From contig OX597820.1 in the NCBI GenBank assembly GCA_951406725.2, positions 15,810,001 to 15,874,000 of the forward strand: DNA of 64,000 nucleotides. The letters are read 5' to 3'. Positions 1 through 13,087 of this stretch are shown in pieces. The notes beneath the pieces are model-generated. The model was not told the origin of the DNA. It did no database searches and was given only the letters and a program-made list of their open reading frames with translations. Within the stretch, counting starts at the first letter, position 1. Every line of letters starts with the position of its first letter. Made by a program: the position numbers and the translations under genes. This stretch comes from Octopus vulgaris (lineage: Eukaryota).

Positions 1-166
1 AATATAAGTATGCGTGAGAGTGATGTGTGTATATACATATAAATATAGACATATGTATACTTATATGGATGTGATGTCTGTGCGTGTTTATGTATATATA
101 TACATTATATATATTGTGCTCATTATATATTGTATAAAATATGAGTGTATATATACATATACATAT

Positions 167-241
<75 letters not shown>

Positions 242-363
242 ATATATATGTGTGTGCGTGTATATATATATATATATATATACAGTAGTCACACATATAT
301 ACATATGTGCGTATCACTTTTATATATATGTCCGTTTATAAAATGTTTGAAATACATGCGTGT

Positions 364-422
<59 letters not shown>

Positions 423-627
423 TTCTACGTTGTAGAAATGTGTTTTTCTTTTTTCTTCTCTTTCTCTCATCTCTGTTCTAATTCTCTTCCAGTGCTCCTT
501 TCCTTCATAAGCTTTTATCTTCTGCACCAGTAATGCAACCTCCACAGACTTTTCCCCATTTTCCAATTTTTCATTTCTTATTTACGTATATATTTATTAT
601 ATTTATATATGTATTTGTGCATGTGTG

Positions 628-677
<50 letters not shown>

Positions 678-795
678 GAAAACACTATATTGGAAGGCGA
701 CTGGATGATGATAATCTACGTCGAACGCTAACTCATTGAGTAGTAGTCATACATCTAATTGTACACAAAAGATACACACACACACACAAATATGC

Positions 796-839
<44 letters not shown>

Positions 840-900
840 GTATACATATATACACACACACACACACACTCACGCACACATATATATATATATATATATT
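1..900. repeat. Compound (TA)n/(TG)n/(CA)n microsatellite block
   Basis: Long pure and degenerate dinucleotide runs; the YIYI/VCVC ORFs are translations of these. Confidence 0.95.
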
Positions 901-904
901 CAAA

Positions 905-1112
905 ATGTGACCCCGTGTGTACCGTTGGCGATTTGTTTTCCTCTGTCTTCCCTTCTCTGGATCTTTCCTTCTATGTTTCCGACGAAGAGCTCCGCTCGAA
1001 ACGTTAAACCCTCCTTCTTTCCCTCTTTCCTGTGCGTCCAATAATACTATATTTGTTCCACGTCCTCGAAGCCGTTGTGTTTTTTTTTTGTGCTTTCTTG
1101 TTTGAATTAACT
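905..1112 (+). mobile_element. Short non-coding hammerhead-bearing element (family H1, copy 1), Penelope pLTR/retrozyme-like
   Basis: Close paralog at 1741-2005 and a diverged relative near 34200-34365; flanked by (TA)n/(CATA)n; contains a hammerhead motif. Confidence 0.7.
975..1009 (+). ncRNA. Minimal type I hammerhead ribozyme-like motif (U4C core variant)
   Basis: GTTT-CCGACGA-A-GAGC-tcc-GCTC-GAAACGTT-AAAC: stem I GTTT/AAAC, stem II GAGC/GCTC, palindromic AACGTT stem III. Confidence 0.6.
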
Positions 1113-1147
1113 ATATACATACATACATACATACATACATACATACA

Positions 1148-1247
<100 letters not shown>

Positions 1248-1414
1248 TAAGGGTAGAAACTGATGTCAATCAATTAACATCAATTTAAACCAGTGGTCTA
1301 GCATATTTTTAAAAATCTGAAGATTTATATATATAAATATAATTATTAAATCTTGATTTTTAAATATGATATAATATAATATAATATAAAATAATATATA
1401 TATATATATATATT

Positions 1415-1661
1415 GATTTATACATATAAGCAATATTAAATCCCTCAGATTTCCTCACTAGCTCATGTTTATCACACACTGATGACTCAGAAGCCCGGGT
1501 TTGTGTGTATCACATAAGGCTTGAAATGGGAACGATGATTTTCCCCCGTAAATACTAATCGGACACAGACAGTGTGTCGTTAGCCAGCTGGAGGAAATAT
1601 TCTCCTGGGGCTAAACACAACAACAGCATCGTCTCCTATTGGACCTCCACATCTAGCTGGC

Positions 1662-1665
<4 letters not shown>
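1415..1665 (+). mobile_element. Hammerhead-bearing element (family H2) with decayed ribozyme at 1473-1507
   Basis: CACACA-CTGATGA-ctca-GAAG-CCCGGG-TT-TGTGTG (stem I intact, stem II deleted). Downstream ccccc..gtaaa..ggacacag..gggctaaa is shared with 34380-34725. (TA)n on both sides. Confidence 0.55.
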
Positions 1666-1740
<75 letters not shown>

Positions 1741-1742
<2 letters not shown>

Positions 1743-2005
1743 ACCTCGTGAGTACCGCTGCCGATCACATGTATGTATATACATGTATGTATATACATGT
1801 ATGTATATTTTTTTCTTTTTCTTTTTTTCCCTCTGTCTTCCCTTCTCGGGATCTTTCCTTCTCCTATGTTTCCGACGAAGAGCTCCGCTCGAAACGTTAA
1901 ACCCTCCTTCTCCCCTTCTTTCCTGAGCGTCCAATAATACTTTATTTGTTCCACGTCCTCGCGTTGCTGTGTTTTTTTTTTGTGTTTTCTTGTTTGGATT
2001 AACTA
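1741..2005 (+). mobile_element. Family H1 element, copy 2, hammerhead motif at 1868-1902
   Basis: Near-identical to 905-1112, including GTTTCCGACGAAGAGCTCCGCTCGAAACGTTAAAC. Confidence 0.7.
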
Positions 2006-2014
2006 TATATATAT

Positions 2015-2320
2015 ATTGATAGAAATGGTAAGACAACAAAAGAATGAAAGAGACCTCGATATTATGTAAATAGAGGAATTTATCTGTAAATATAATATGT
2101 GACAATTATTCAGTAGCCATGATAAAACTCCGAGTTTCGGATGTCGGGGCGGAAATCCACGCTGCCATCTCTTCAGTTATCGGGCCATCGACATCCGAAA
2201 CAAGGAGTTTTATCATGGCTACCGAATAATTGTCACATATTATATTTACAGATAAATTCCTCAACTTACATAATATCGAAGTCTCTTTCATTCTTTTGTT
2301 GTCTTACCATTTCTATCAAC
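2015..2320. mobile_element. Foldback element (~130 bp inverted arms) carrying a minus-strand hammerhead
   Basis: Arms ~2015-2146 and ~2189-2320 are reverse complements with few mismatches; flanked by (TA)n and (CA)n. Confidence 0.8.
2121..2181 (-). ncRNA. Type I hammerhead ribozyme-like motif
   Basis: Minus strand: GATAA-CTGAAGA-GATG..CATC-C-GAAA-CTC-G-GAG-TT-TTATC; stems I (GATAA/TTATC), II (GATG/CATC) and III (ACTC/GAGT) all pair. Confidence 0.7.
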
Positions 2321-2369
2321 ACACACACACACACACACACACATATGTATATATATATATATATATATA

Positions 2370-2830
2370 CCACTGTTTTATCTAATCACCACAGTCTTGT
2401 CTCCTGCGTTGCCTCACAAGCACGCTCCTCGCTACCTCCCGCTTCCATTCCAACTCTACACTTGCTCACATTTACACACATATAAGTCACTAGAAATACC
2501 CGCATGCGCACACTCCTTCATGTTATCTCTTTACACGGATACACTTCTATTTGCACATCCTGTCCCCTTCTGCCTTCTTATCTCCCCCATAGAACCACCT
2601 TACCTGCCGCCCCTTAACCCCTGATCTTTATTTCTCTACCTAGAATATTTTTCTCATTCAGTTTACCATATTTTTTCTTCCCTATCATTCTTCTGATGAA
2701 GGACAAGCACCCGAAGCGTCGTGACTCCCTCTTTTCTTATTTAGATTTAAACTAAGACAATTTTCATTAAAATGTGTCCGTCCCATGTTGTCTTCTTTTT
2801 TTTCGTTTTTTATTGTTTTCGTAATACATA
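2370..2830 (+). mobile_element. Penelope-type tail fragment with degenerate hammerhead (~2688-2725)
   Basis: CTGATGA-A-GG..CC-GAAGCGTC preceded by a pyrimidine-rich tract; flanked by TA-rich microsatellites. Confidence 0.45.
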
Positions 2831-3062
2831 CATACATATATAAATATACATTTGCATAGACATAAACACACGCACACACACACGTACATACATAATACAT
2901 GTGTGTATATATATGTATATATATAATTAATTAATAAGGGTGAGAGAATTAGATACTAATTTAATAGTATATCTATTCAACACCAAGTGGCCTAGTGCTC
3001 CGAGAAACCTGGATTATTATAATATTTTATAATATATTATAATATTTTTACAAAATATTTAT

Positions 3063-3139
<77 letters not shown>

Positions 3140-3459
3140 GGAAGTAAGCATAACTAAATATATATAAATAGACGCATACATTGACATAAATAGATATATA
3201 TACAGAAGCGTATACATCCATGAACCTCTGCATATACAACAGACACATGCACACACACAAACTCAATATATACAAATATATACATATATGATATATCAGA
3301 TTTCACACACACACAGGCACATACACACACAGGCACATACACACACACGCACATATGAATATGTACACACATTTGGCACTGGCCTGGCTCAGTGGCTTCG
3401 CTTAACTCATTTTCGCTAAACACATTCACACAGATACATACGCATGTGTGTATATATAA

Positions 3460-3503
<44 letters not shown>

Positions 3504-3649
3504 CTGTGCACGCGTTTATAATTGTGTATATCTATACTTATAGTTGTACATATGAGCAGAAATAATGTGTGCAAATTTTTGTCTCTATGACCCAGCATAT
3601 ATCGATTCTTTCACGTCCAGAAGAATATAAGTACATGTAAATGTTCCTC

Positions 3650-3650
3650 G

Positions 3651-3721
<71 letters not shown>

Positions 3722-3830
3722 AGTGTGTGTGTGTGTGTGTAAGCATGAGTGTGTATCTTTATGGTGGAAGAGAGAGATAGAGACAAAAACGGCACGGCGG
3801 GAGTGAGAGAGAGGGAATAACAGATACACA

Positions 3831-3880
<50 letters not shown>

Positions 3881-4039
3881 CATACACATACATATATAGA
3901 TACGTACATATATTATACAAACACACACAGACATATACATGCATATATACATACGTATGTATATATATACATATATATATATAATATAACATATATATAT
4001 ATGTATATATATACGTATATATATATATATATATATATA

Positions 4040-4082
<43 letters not shown>

Positions 4083-4097
4083 CTGGGTTGTGTAGTC

Positions 4098-4152
<55 letters not shown>

Positions 4153-4279
4153 TGTTGTACATGTACGTATGTATAGCCATCCTGAAAGTTCTCACGGTTT
4201 TACTTTCTTTGAAACAGAACCCGATTTATTCATTTGTTTATTTATTTATTTATACCATTTCAGATATCTTGCAAAACAG

Positions 4280-4337
<58 letters not shown>

Positions 4338-4396
4338 AACAACAACAACAACAACTACTACTACTACTACTAGTACTTCTACTACTACTACCACTA

Positions 4397-4445
<49 letters not shown>

Positions 4446-4511
4446 AACTACTACTAGTACTGCTACTACTACTACTAGTACTACTACTACCACCACCACC
4501 ACCACCACCAT

Positions 4512-4559
<48 letters not shown>

Positions 4560-5204
4560 CAGCACCACAACCGCCGCCACCACCACCACCACCACAACAA
4601 CAACAACAACAACCACCACAACCACCACAACCACCACCACCACCACTGCTCCTGCTGGTGCAAGTGCGACTACGAATAACAAATTATTCAATTTTGTTGT
4701 TGTTGTTGTTGTTGCTATTGCTGTTGTTGCCATTGTGCGTCTGAAAACACTTTTCTGCTGCTGATATCGCTTTACGTTGCTTGTAAAGCTTCCTTGTACG
4801 AAAGGAACAAACACAGATATACAAACATACATGTACAAACATACATATATACATTAATGATTATACATGCATATGTGCACACACTCACTGTCACACACAC
4901 GCACACACACACACACACACACAGACTCTCTCACACACACGCGGCCATAGAAACATACACGCACACGTACAAAGACACACACATATACACATGCATACGA
5001 AGTATATAAAACGTGTATGAGATGTGTATGTATATATATGCGTGTATATATATGTATGAGATGTTTATATATATGTATATATATATAATTTTTTGTATAT
5101 ATATGCATGTATATATATATATGTATAAATTTATATATATATATATACATATATGTATATACATATATATATATGTATATACATATATATATGTACATAT
5201 ATAT

Positions 5205-5294
<90 letters not shown>

Positions 5295-5300
5295 TTATAT
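3650..5300. repeat. Microsatellite cluster including (ACT)n/(CCA)n/(CAA)n at ~4280-4645
   Basis: Directly visible simple repeats. Confidence 0.95.
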
Positions 5301-5911
5301 ATATACACTTATATATGCACATGTATAATACATGTGAATACAGAAATACAATCACACAAATATATTCATGCAAATAATACAAGAAATATCTGTATATATA
5401 TATATATATGCACATATGCATGTATGTTTAGTTTACATCCTCCTTCTCCCTTTATCTCTCTTTCTCCCTTTTTATACGTGCGTGTATGTAATATATAGTT
5501 TGTAAGTATGGAGAGGTCATTAACTAAGAATAAAATATGCACAATTATTTACGAATGTATATAAAAACCATATATATATATCTTGAATTGTTTAGTATGG
5601 TGATATATACATATATATATATATATGTATGCATATATATATATATGCATGTGAGCATATGAATGCCTGTATATTGTTATGTATATACACACACACACAT
5701 ATATATATATACGTGTATGATATACATGAGTATGTATGTAAACAATATACAGGCATTCATATACTCACATGCATATATATATATATGCATACATATATAT
5801 ATGTATATATAACTATACTAAACAATTCAAGATATATTTACATGGTTTTTATATACATTCGTAAATAATTGTGCATATTTTATTATATCCCCAATATATA
5901 TATTTATTTAT

Positions 5912-6150
5912 ATAATACAAAATGGGACAAGAACGCAAAACATCCAGACAACTAGGTGATACAAAAAGGGACAACAAAACATCCATTTAGAAGATACAAA
6001 AAAAAAAAAAATACGGACGGGTCATTCGAAGCCTTTTATCCTCAGTCAAGAACCGGATCATCCTCGCAATTTCGGCTGATAAATCTTGAGATTGCTCCAA
6101 TCTGGCCAGCCCCCAAGAAAAACTAAGCAAAGAGTATTAGATTCCTTTGA
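5912..6150 (-). mobile_element. TA-flanked short element related to 44155-44280; hammerhead remnant
   Basis: Both copies share cagccgaaat..gatgatccggttc..gactgaggat..aggcttcga.tgacc. The minus strand shows GGCTG..CAGCC-GAAA but no intact CUGANGA in front of it. Confidence 0.45.
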
Positions 6151-6174
6151 AATGTATATATATATGTATATATT

Positions 6175-6622
6175 ATGTTATTGGGATCCTTTTGTCTCGG
6201 GAGACAATGGAGTTGTGCATAAAATAATCCAGTCTGGTTTTTTACATTTCATGTACTTTACATCTCCTGCTGTGGTTGTGTAGTCCTATCGAGTTTTGCA
6301 CAGGCCTGGGCTATATGTAAGAAAATCCTGGGTGGCCCGATCGTCAGGATTCCTATCTCGACCTTGCTGACGTAGTTCAAAGGAATCTAGAACATTACGT
6401 TTGGCACCAGCTTGGTTGCAGGAGCTTACGGAAGAGTGTCGAGTCGAACACTAAACCGCCTACGGGGCCCCAATCCGGATTTCTTTGAAGGTTGTCTCCT
6501 TTCCGTAACTCTGGGTAGGGGCCCATACCGGGTACTGTCAGCCGGAGCCAACTGAGCTCTGGACTCGTGTCAGGCAGGGTCGTCACACCCTGAAGTAGTG
6601 AAGAAAATCTACCTACTACCTA
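6175..6622 (-). mobile_element. Non-autonomous RTE-tailed retroposon (non-tRNA head plus RTE 3' tail)
   Basis: 6175-6290 matches the 3' end of the RTE LINE at ~22155-22270; second copy at 60790-61221. Confidence 0.75.
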
Positions 6623-6644
6623 TAGTATATATTTTATATGTATA

Positions 6645-6679
<35 letters not shown>

Positions 6680-6717
6680 TGTATTATGTATGTATATAAT
6701 ATACATACATATATATA

Positions 6718-7096
6718 CACTACCGTCAGAAATTAATTAGCACCCTTGATTTGCTCTTCACTCAAGGTATGTGCTGTCACCTAGTGGCCATATCTCGAAC
6801 TATTGCTTTGTTGCGAGTTCACTGTTGCGCAGAACGATGACGTAACTTTGTTTGCAGAGCAGTTTGAGAGTCTACAGCCTTATGATGTTGACATAGCAGT
6901 GCAACAACAACTTGGAGTGCGATGCAGACAAATCTTCCTTTGTTTAATAGATATAGGTAGCGCCTCGCAAGGACCGAAATCACACCATACTAAGTTTTCT
7001 CATCGCGTAAGACGTTTTGAACAGCTCATAGGTTAATTGATTTAACCTATTTAATGTAGAAATTTGAGAAGTGCTAATTAATTTCTGACGCAAGTG
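6718..7096. mobile_element. Tc1/mariner-type MITE
   Basis: TIRs CACTACCGTCAGAAATTAATTAGCAC / GTGCTAATTAATTTCTGACGCAAGTG; TA on both sides. Confidence 0.85.
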
Positions 7097-7114
7097 TATA
7101 TACATACATGTAAA

Positions 7115-7350
7115 ATACAGTGTACATTTAAACACATCAAGAGGTTTCCATCATAGGAATCCTTTACGCTAGGAAGAACAGCCAAAGTCCAAACCATTAA
7201 CTAGGGATAAATTCTCGAAGGGAATGAAAAATAAAAACATTTACCATCTCTTTGCTGGACCAATGGTTTCTGACTTATTTTAGTAAATAAAATAATTTAC
7301 CAGGCGAAGTCTTCTTCAGCAGGGATATTATTAATTATGTAGAGTCGCAT
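7115..7350 (-). mobile_element. Hammerhead-bearing pLTR-like element (family H3)
   Basis: Paralog of ~13290-13520. Confidence 0.65.
7255..7322 (-). ncRNA. Type I hammerhead ribozyme-like motif
   Basis: Minus strand: CTG-CTGAAGA-A-GACTT..AAGTC-A-GAAA-CCATTGG-TC-CAG (GUC cleavage triplet). Confidence 0.7.
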
Positions 7351-8019
7351 ATCAATGTATGTATTTATGTATATATTTATGTCTACGCGCACAGGTGCAC
7401 CATGATCTATACACACGCAGACGAGGGTCGATTCATATGAAAAAGAAAGTAAACAATATGAAATATTTATAGAAAACATTGTATAACAGCGTCTTTCAAT
7501 GATGGTAGGTAAATCAAACGTACTGTAGTTCGTTGTAGGATATAAATAATATGATTACTTGCTTATAGGGAAATTTGTAAGTTCGATTTAAAAACAATTT
7601 TTTTGTGTTTTTAGTGTCACCACTAAGTATTTATACTCTAATGGACTTTAAAAAATCAACTCGTAAATAAACGAAACCTTCGAATTCAGGTACGCGCGCA
7701 CACACACAGAGTCGCTGCAAACAAATGTATTAACATGTGACATTATTGACCGAGGTTACGGTGGTCTTTTCCGTAGGCTTTTCTTTCCACGGATAAACCT
7801 TATCTGCTTGCCCCTTTACACTTTACATCATGACATTTCTGTGAAACACGATCCCTTAAAACATTTTTTCTTTCTTTTGTACGATCCCTTTTGATCGAAA
7901 ACCTACCCCACTTTTTTTTCCTCCCCAAAAAGAAAAGCTCTACTTTGTAATCTGTCCCGTCTGTGTGCAGCCCTGTGTGGCTAATAAAAAAAACATATGT
8001 ATGTATTTATGTACGTTTA

Positions 8020-8190
8020 AAGATAATCAAACCAAATTTTCACCATTTCGAACCACTCACCCAATGAGTATTTCTGCCAGATTTGGTGAAAATCCGTTCA
8101 GCCGTTTTCCAGTAATTTCGCAAACACACAGACAAACAAAAACGAGGGATTACAATACCTTGCTTTCGCTTAAGCGTGCAGCGTTAAAAT
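8020..8190 (+). mobile_element. Helentron/HINE-like non-autonomous element end
   Basis: ccagatttggtgaaaatccg..cacagacaaac..attacaatacc followed by a short hairpin; resembles DINE-1/HINE-type cores from memory. Confidence 0.4.
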
Positions 8191-8243
8191 CACTATTTCA
8201 TCACGCCTGTGTTATCTACCTGTTACAAAGAATTATTTGAATA

Positions 8244-8445
8244 ACTCTTTTATTTGTTTCAGTCATATGACTGTGGCCATGCTGGAGCACCGCCTTTAGT
8301 CGAGCAAATCGACCCCTGGACTTATTCTTTGTAAGCCTAGTACTTATTCTATCGGTCTCTTTTGCCGAACCGCTAAGTTGCGGGGACGTAAACGCACCAG
8401 CATCGGTTGTCAAGCGATGTTGGGGGGACAAACACAGACACACAA

Positions 8446-8484
<39 letters not shown>

Positions 8485-8625
8485 CGACGGGCTTCTTTCA
8501 GTTTCCACCTACCAAATCCACTCACAAGGCATTGGTCGGCCAAGACACTTGCCCAAGGTGCCACGCAGTGGGACTGAACCCGAAACCATGTGGTTCGTAA
8601 GCAATCTACTTACCACACAGCCACT
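8244..8625 (-). mobile_element. tRNA-derived SINE family A (internal (TA)n(TG)n microsatellite)
   Basis: Family head gtggctgtgtggtaag..ggttcagtccc, then ccttgggcaag; family tail ggcggtgctccagcatggccgcagtc..gactgaaac; many copies in the window. Confidence 0.9.
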
Positions 8626-8843
8626 TCTACGCTTATGACTTTTAATTAAAGACTTACTAAAAGCGGTGAGCTGGCAGAATCGTTCTGAGTTCAGTGTTCT
8701 GAGTTCAAACTCCGTCGAGGTTGATTTTGCCTTTTATCTTTTCGGTGTCCCCGAAATTGTTGTTCTTGTACCATAATCTGAAATTGATTAAATACTTACT
8801 TTCTCTCTCGCTCTCTCTCCCCTTACTCTCCCTCTCCCCACAC

Positions 8844-8874
<31 letters not shown>

Positions 8875-9261
8875 TGTATGTTTAGCCATTTGTGTATAAA
8901 ACTTGATGTAAATACGTTGAGAAAAGAAAAATTACTACGCTATTCGTTCGGAGATAATATCTTTTACGGACGTACTGTGTTAAAAATCGCAAAAATATCA
9001 TCAGCAGGCGAAACAGCGTCCAACAGCGGCGATGAAAATGCTAGATGCACCTTTCTTTCTCTCTGGACTTTGTCAGTACCATGCACCAGCCCAACAAGGC
9101 AGAAATATCATTTTTTTGCATACACACGCGCGCATCCACGGACACACTAGCCAACACTGTAACTTTTGATCCGACAGACAAAACCCCACAAAAAGGAAAA
9201 TAGTTGCACGACGGATATAACTACGCATTCAGTCATGTATGTCCATCCGATCTTTGATAAC

Positions 9262-9856
9262 TTATTTCTTTACTATCCACAAGGAGCTAAACACAGAGAG
9301 GACAAACAAGGACAGATAAACGGATTAAGTCGATTATATCGTACCCAGTACGTAACTGGTACTTATTTAATCGACCCCGAAAGGATGAAAGGCAAAGTCG
9401 ACCTCGGCGGAATTTGAACTCAGAACGTAACGGCAGACGAAATACCTATTTTTTTATTGTCCACAAGGGGCTAAACACAGAGGGGACAAACAAGGACAGA
9501 CAAAGGGATCAAGTCGATTACATCGACCCCAGTGCGTAACTGGTACTTAATTTATCGACCCCGAAAGGATGAGAGGCAAAGTCGACCTCGGCGGAATTTG
9601 AACTCAGAACGTAACGGCAGACGAAATACCTATTTTTTTATTACCCACGAGGGGCTAAACATAGAGGGGACAAACAAGGACAGACAAAGGGATCAAGTCG
9701 ATTACATCGACCCCAGTGCGTAACTGGTACTTAATTTATCGACCCCGAAAGGATGAAAGGCAAAGTCGACCTCGGCGGAATTTGAACTCAGAACGTAACG
9801 GGAGACGAAATACGGCTACGCATTTCGCCCGGCGTGCTAACGTCTCTGCCAGCTCA
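9262..9856 (-). mobile_element. SINE family B trimer (~184 bp units)
   Basis: tRNA-like head gagctggcaga..gagttcaaattccgcc and body gcctttcatcctttcggggtcgataaa..gtaccag (resembles the Nin/Deu SINE domain); three tandem units. Confidence 0.9.
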
Positions 9857-10149
9857 ACCAAAAATGGTTTGGGTTAATGATTCTCAATGCAGATTTCCAA
9901 GTCATCTGTTTTACTTGTATTTCTCTTTGAACCCAGACATCAATTCGATACCAGTAAGGCCAGCCATCTTGCTGGCCTTTAGTTAAGAGGATTTAATGCT
10001 TCACATAGATATATGTTGACACATATTTTTTTATGGTGACTCATATTTCTGCTGAATAATCTCTATGAAGATGTCATACGTGCTCTTCACTAATTTTTAA
10101 CCATCATTCAAGTTCTTCACTGATTTCCCTCCTTTTGCTATTTTCGTCG

Positions 10150-10320
10150 ACTTAGGATTGGTGTTATTCCTGGAAGAATTTATGTGGGTAGTAAGTTACT
10201 CCCTGTATCCTCAGATATTCACATGATTTCTATAAGCTGTCAAGTGCTCAAGACTTTTCTGATAATCTTTCCTGTTCCTAAGAGGCAAACTTTCTGTGGA
10301 AGCTCTACTGGACATTCCAT
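10150..10320 (-). mobile_element. 3' end fragment of an R4/Dong-like non-LTR element
   Basis: Minus strand reads ECPVELPQKVCLLGTGKIIRKVLST*, similar to VIQKTALLGTARILRRVLSL* at the end of 37750-39210. Confidence 0.55.
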
Positions 10321-10427
10321 TCCTGTCTTGTCGATTTTGCCTTTCACCCTTTCGTGGTCGATAAAATAAGTACCGGTTGATTAGTGGGAGCAGAGGGTGG
10401 TCGATGTAATTGTCATAGCCGTCATTT

Positions 10428-10890
10428 TATGTATGTATGTATGTATGTATGTATGTATGTATGTATGTATGTATGTATGTATGCATGTATGTAAGTATGT
10501 ATGTATGTATGTATGTATGTATGTATGTATGTATGTATGTATGTATGTATGTATGTATGTATGTATGTATGTATGTATGTATGTATGTATGTATGTAGTA
10601 TGTATGTATGTATGTATGTATGTATGTATGTATGTATGTATGTATGTATGTATGTATGTATGTATGTATGTATGTATGTATGTATGTATGTATGTATGTA
10701 TGTATGTATGTATGTATGTATGTATGTATGTATGTATTTATGTATGTATGTATGCATGTATGTATATATGTATGTGTGCATGCACGCATGCATGTATTTA
10801 TGTATGTATTATGTATGTATGCGCGCGTGTGTATGCATGCATAGATGTATGCACATATACGTGCATGTATGTATGTATGTATGTATGTGT
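10428..10890. repeat. (TATG)n tetranucleotide array
   Basis: Directly visible. Confidence 0.95.
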
Positions 10891-10929
10891 GCATGTGCGT
10901 GCGCGCGCGTGTGTGTGTGTGAGCGTATG

Positions 10930-11165
10930 TTTGTGTGTGTATGTTTTGTGTTTCTGCCCTCCCCGATTGACAACCGGTGTTAGTTGGTTTACGTCCCTGC
11001 TCATTAGCGGTTCGGCAAAAGACACCGACGAAAATAAGTACCAGATGTTAACGGAAAAAAAAAAAGCAACGTAAGTACCGGGGTGGTTCGTTCAACAAAA
11101 AAATCCTTCAAGACAGTGCTCCGGCATGGCCGCAGTCCAAAGCCTGAAACAAGTAAAAGATAACA
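10930..11165 (+). mobile_element. SINE A 3' half
   Basis: ttgacaaccg..gcggttcggcaaaagacaccga..catggccgcagtc..ctgaaacaagtaaaag. Confidence 0.8.
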
Positions 11166-11564
11166 GACAAAGGGAAAAGATGCGAAATATAATATTCTTT
11201 GCATCCATGTGCAGTTTGGTTCCGTAGATTGGTTAACATCTGAATTGGAAATTATTCCCGAAAAAGTCTATTAATAAAGATAGAGAAGTTCTTTGTCTTC
11301 ATTTTCTTTTCATGATGGCGGAAATATGATGCAATAATAGAACTGTTTTTGTTGCGGCTGTTTTTGGACAATGTCTCAAGTGACCAATTGTTGCTTTGCA
11401 TTGGAATGCTTTCCCGTAATCAATCTGTGCACCACCACCACTAGCACCGCCACCACCACCATCATCATCATCATTGACATTATCATTGCGTCATCCTGTA
11501 ACGTCCTTCCATCTATTTGTAAACCTGTAGTGGCTAATAAAGAAACGTATACTATAGCGCGCCC

Positions 11565-11765
11565 GGGACGAATTGCTCAACGGCACTTCGTCTGTCTATA
11601 CACGTTCTGAGTTCAAATTCCGCCGAGGTTGACTTTACCTTTCATCGTTTTAGGGTCGATGAATTAAGTACCGGTGAAACACTGGAGTGGATGTAATCGA
11701 CCAGTCCCCGAACCACCAAAAAAAAAAAGAAAAAAATTTGGGCCTCGGGCCTTTCGTGGAAAGGA
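11565..11765 (+). mobile_element. SINE B copy (diverged)
   Basis: cgttctgagttcaaattccgccgagg..gtcgatgaattaagtacc. Confidence 0.75.
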
Positions 11766-11769
11766 TTAT

Positions 11770-12222
11770 TATTATTATTGAGTGAGAGGGCGGTGCATGC
11801 CATCAAAGTAACACAGGGGTACAAATATACGAAGCCCATTATATCCATCATGACTACTTGTCTGATAAGGGTACACCAGGCACGTGCGTCACAACAATAT
11901 GTGCGCAACATGGTGATCTCATATCAAGATAAATAACGCATGACATTGCAGGTGGAGCCCAGTAAGAATTTTCTTCTGGTCGAATAGCTCATCCCGCTCA
12001 AAAGGTCCCTGAATAAGGGCGACCTGAGGACGTTGAACGAAACACCCATGTTTCCAGTGGGGAATTATTCAAACCCCAAAGATTTCCTCTCAACACAGGG
12101 CTATGATGCTCCCCTACTACTTCTGGTCGTGATCAGAGATACACATATCGTCAGCCACCAAGGGACATGCTCAATTGGTTAAGGTCTGTGGTACTGAGCA
12201 GAATATTTGCTGTAGCCCATCT
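11770..12222 (-). mobile_element. Non-coding (TAA)n-tailed element, 5'-truncated copy
   Basis: Reverse complement of ~27968-28430; ends in (TAA)n. Confidence 0.8.
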
Positions 12223-12605
12223 ATTACACCATTATCTTTCATCCTTTCGGAATCGATAAAATAAGTAGCGGTCGTGCACAGAGGTCGATGTAATCGACTC
12301 ATTCTCTTCGCCCAAATTGCTGGGCGTGTGCCAAAATTTGGAACCATTATTACCAAAGAAATTGTCATTCCATCTAGAGAAAATTTTTGCCTCTCTGGTT
12401 AGTCTTTCATTATAAGAGAAGGAAATTGCGATGACAGTCGCTGGTGGAATGCGGCCGGTAACAATTGTCCCTGAGGCGTTACATACTTTAACGTTGATAA
12501 ACTTTTATATGTCAAACCATCCAATCATGAGCTACTTTAGCCACTTCAAGACTTTTCCTGCTATTCTTTGTTCTAAGCTTCTTCAGCAACATTCCAGTGA
12601 AGATA

Positions 12606-12676
<71 letters not shown>

Positions 12677-12779
12677 GATACATACATACACACACAGAAA
12701 TATATGTATGTATACATACCAGCACGCCGAGCAGGAACACGGGGCTCACTCAGTAACATAGAAGTTAAAATCTAAAAAA

Positions 12780-13005
12780 GGCGGCGAGCTGACAGAAACG
12801 TTAGCACGCCGGGCGAAATACTTAGCGAGTTCAAATTCCGCCGAAGTCGACTTTGCCTTTCATCCTTTCGGGGTCGATTAAATAAGTACCAATTATGCAC
12901 TGGGGTCGATATAATCGACTTAATTCCTTTGTTTGTTCTCTCTGTGTTTAGCCCCTTGTGGGTAGTAAAGAAATAGATATTTCGTCTGCCGTTACGTTCT
13001 GAGTC
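12780..13005 (+). mobile_element. SINE B plus start of a second unit
   Basis: Head at 12780; tail-to-body junction gaaatagatatttc at 12970. Confidence 0.85.
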
Positions 13006-13087
13006 GAATACACCCACACATATATATATACATACACATACATACATACATACATACATACATACATACATACATACATACATACAT

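Noticed and set aside
688-740. Hammerhead-like CTGGATGA..GTCGAAC
   Set aside because: Indels in both core halves and no stem I.
4001-4838. Long poly-L/T/V ORFs
   Set aside because: Translations of (ACT)n/(CCA)n repeats, open in several frames, with no coding signal.
9262-9856. CRISPR-like or repeated small peptide (MRNWYLIYRPRKDERQSR) array
   Set aside because: Whole units repeat with no unique spacers; the peptide is the antisense translation of SINE B; eukaryotic context.
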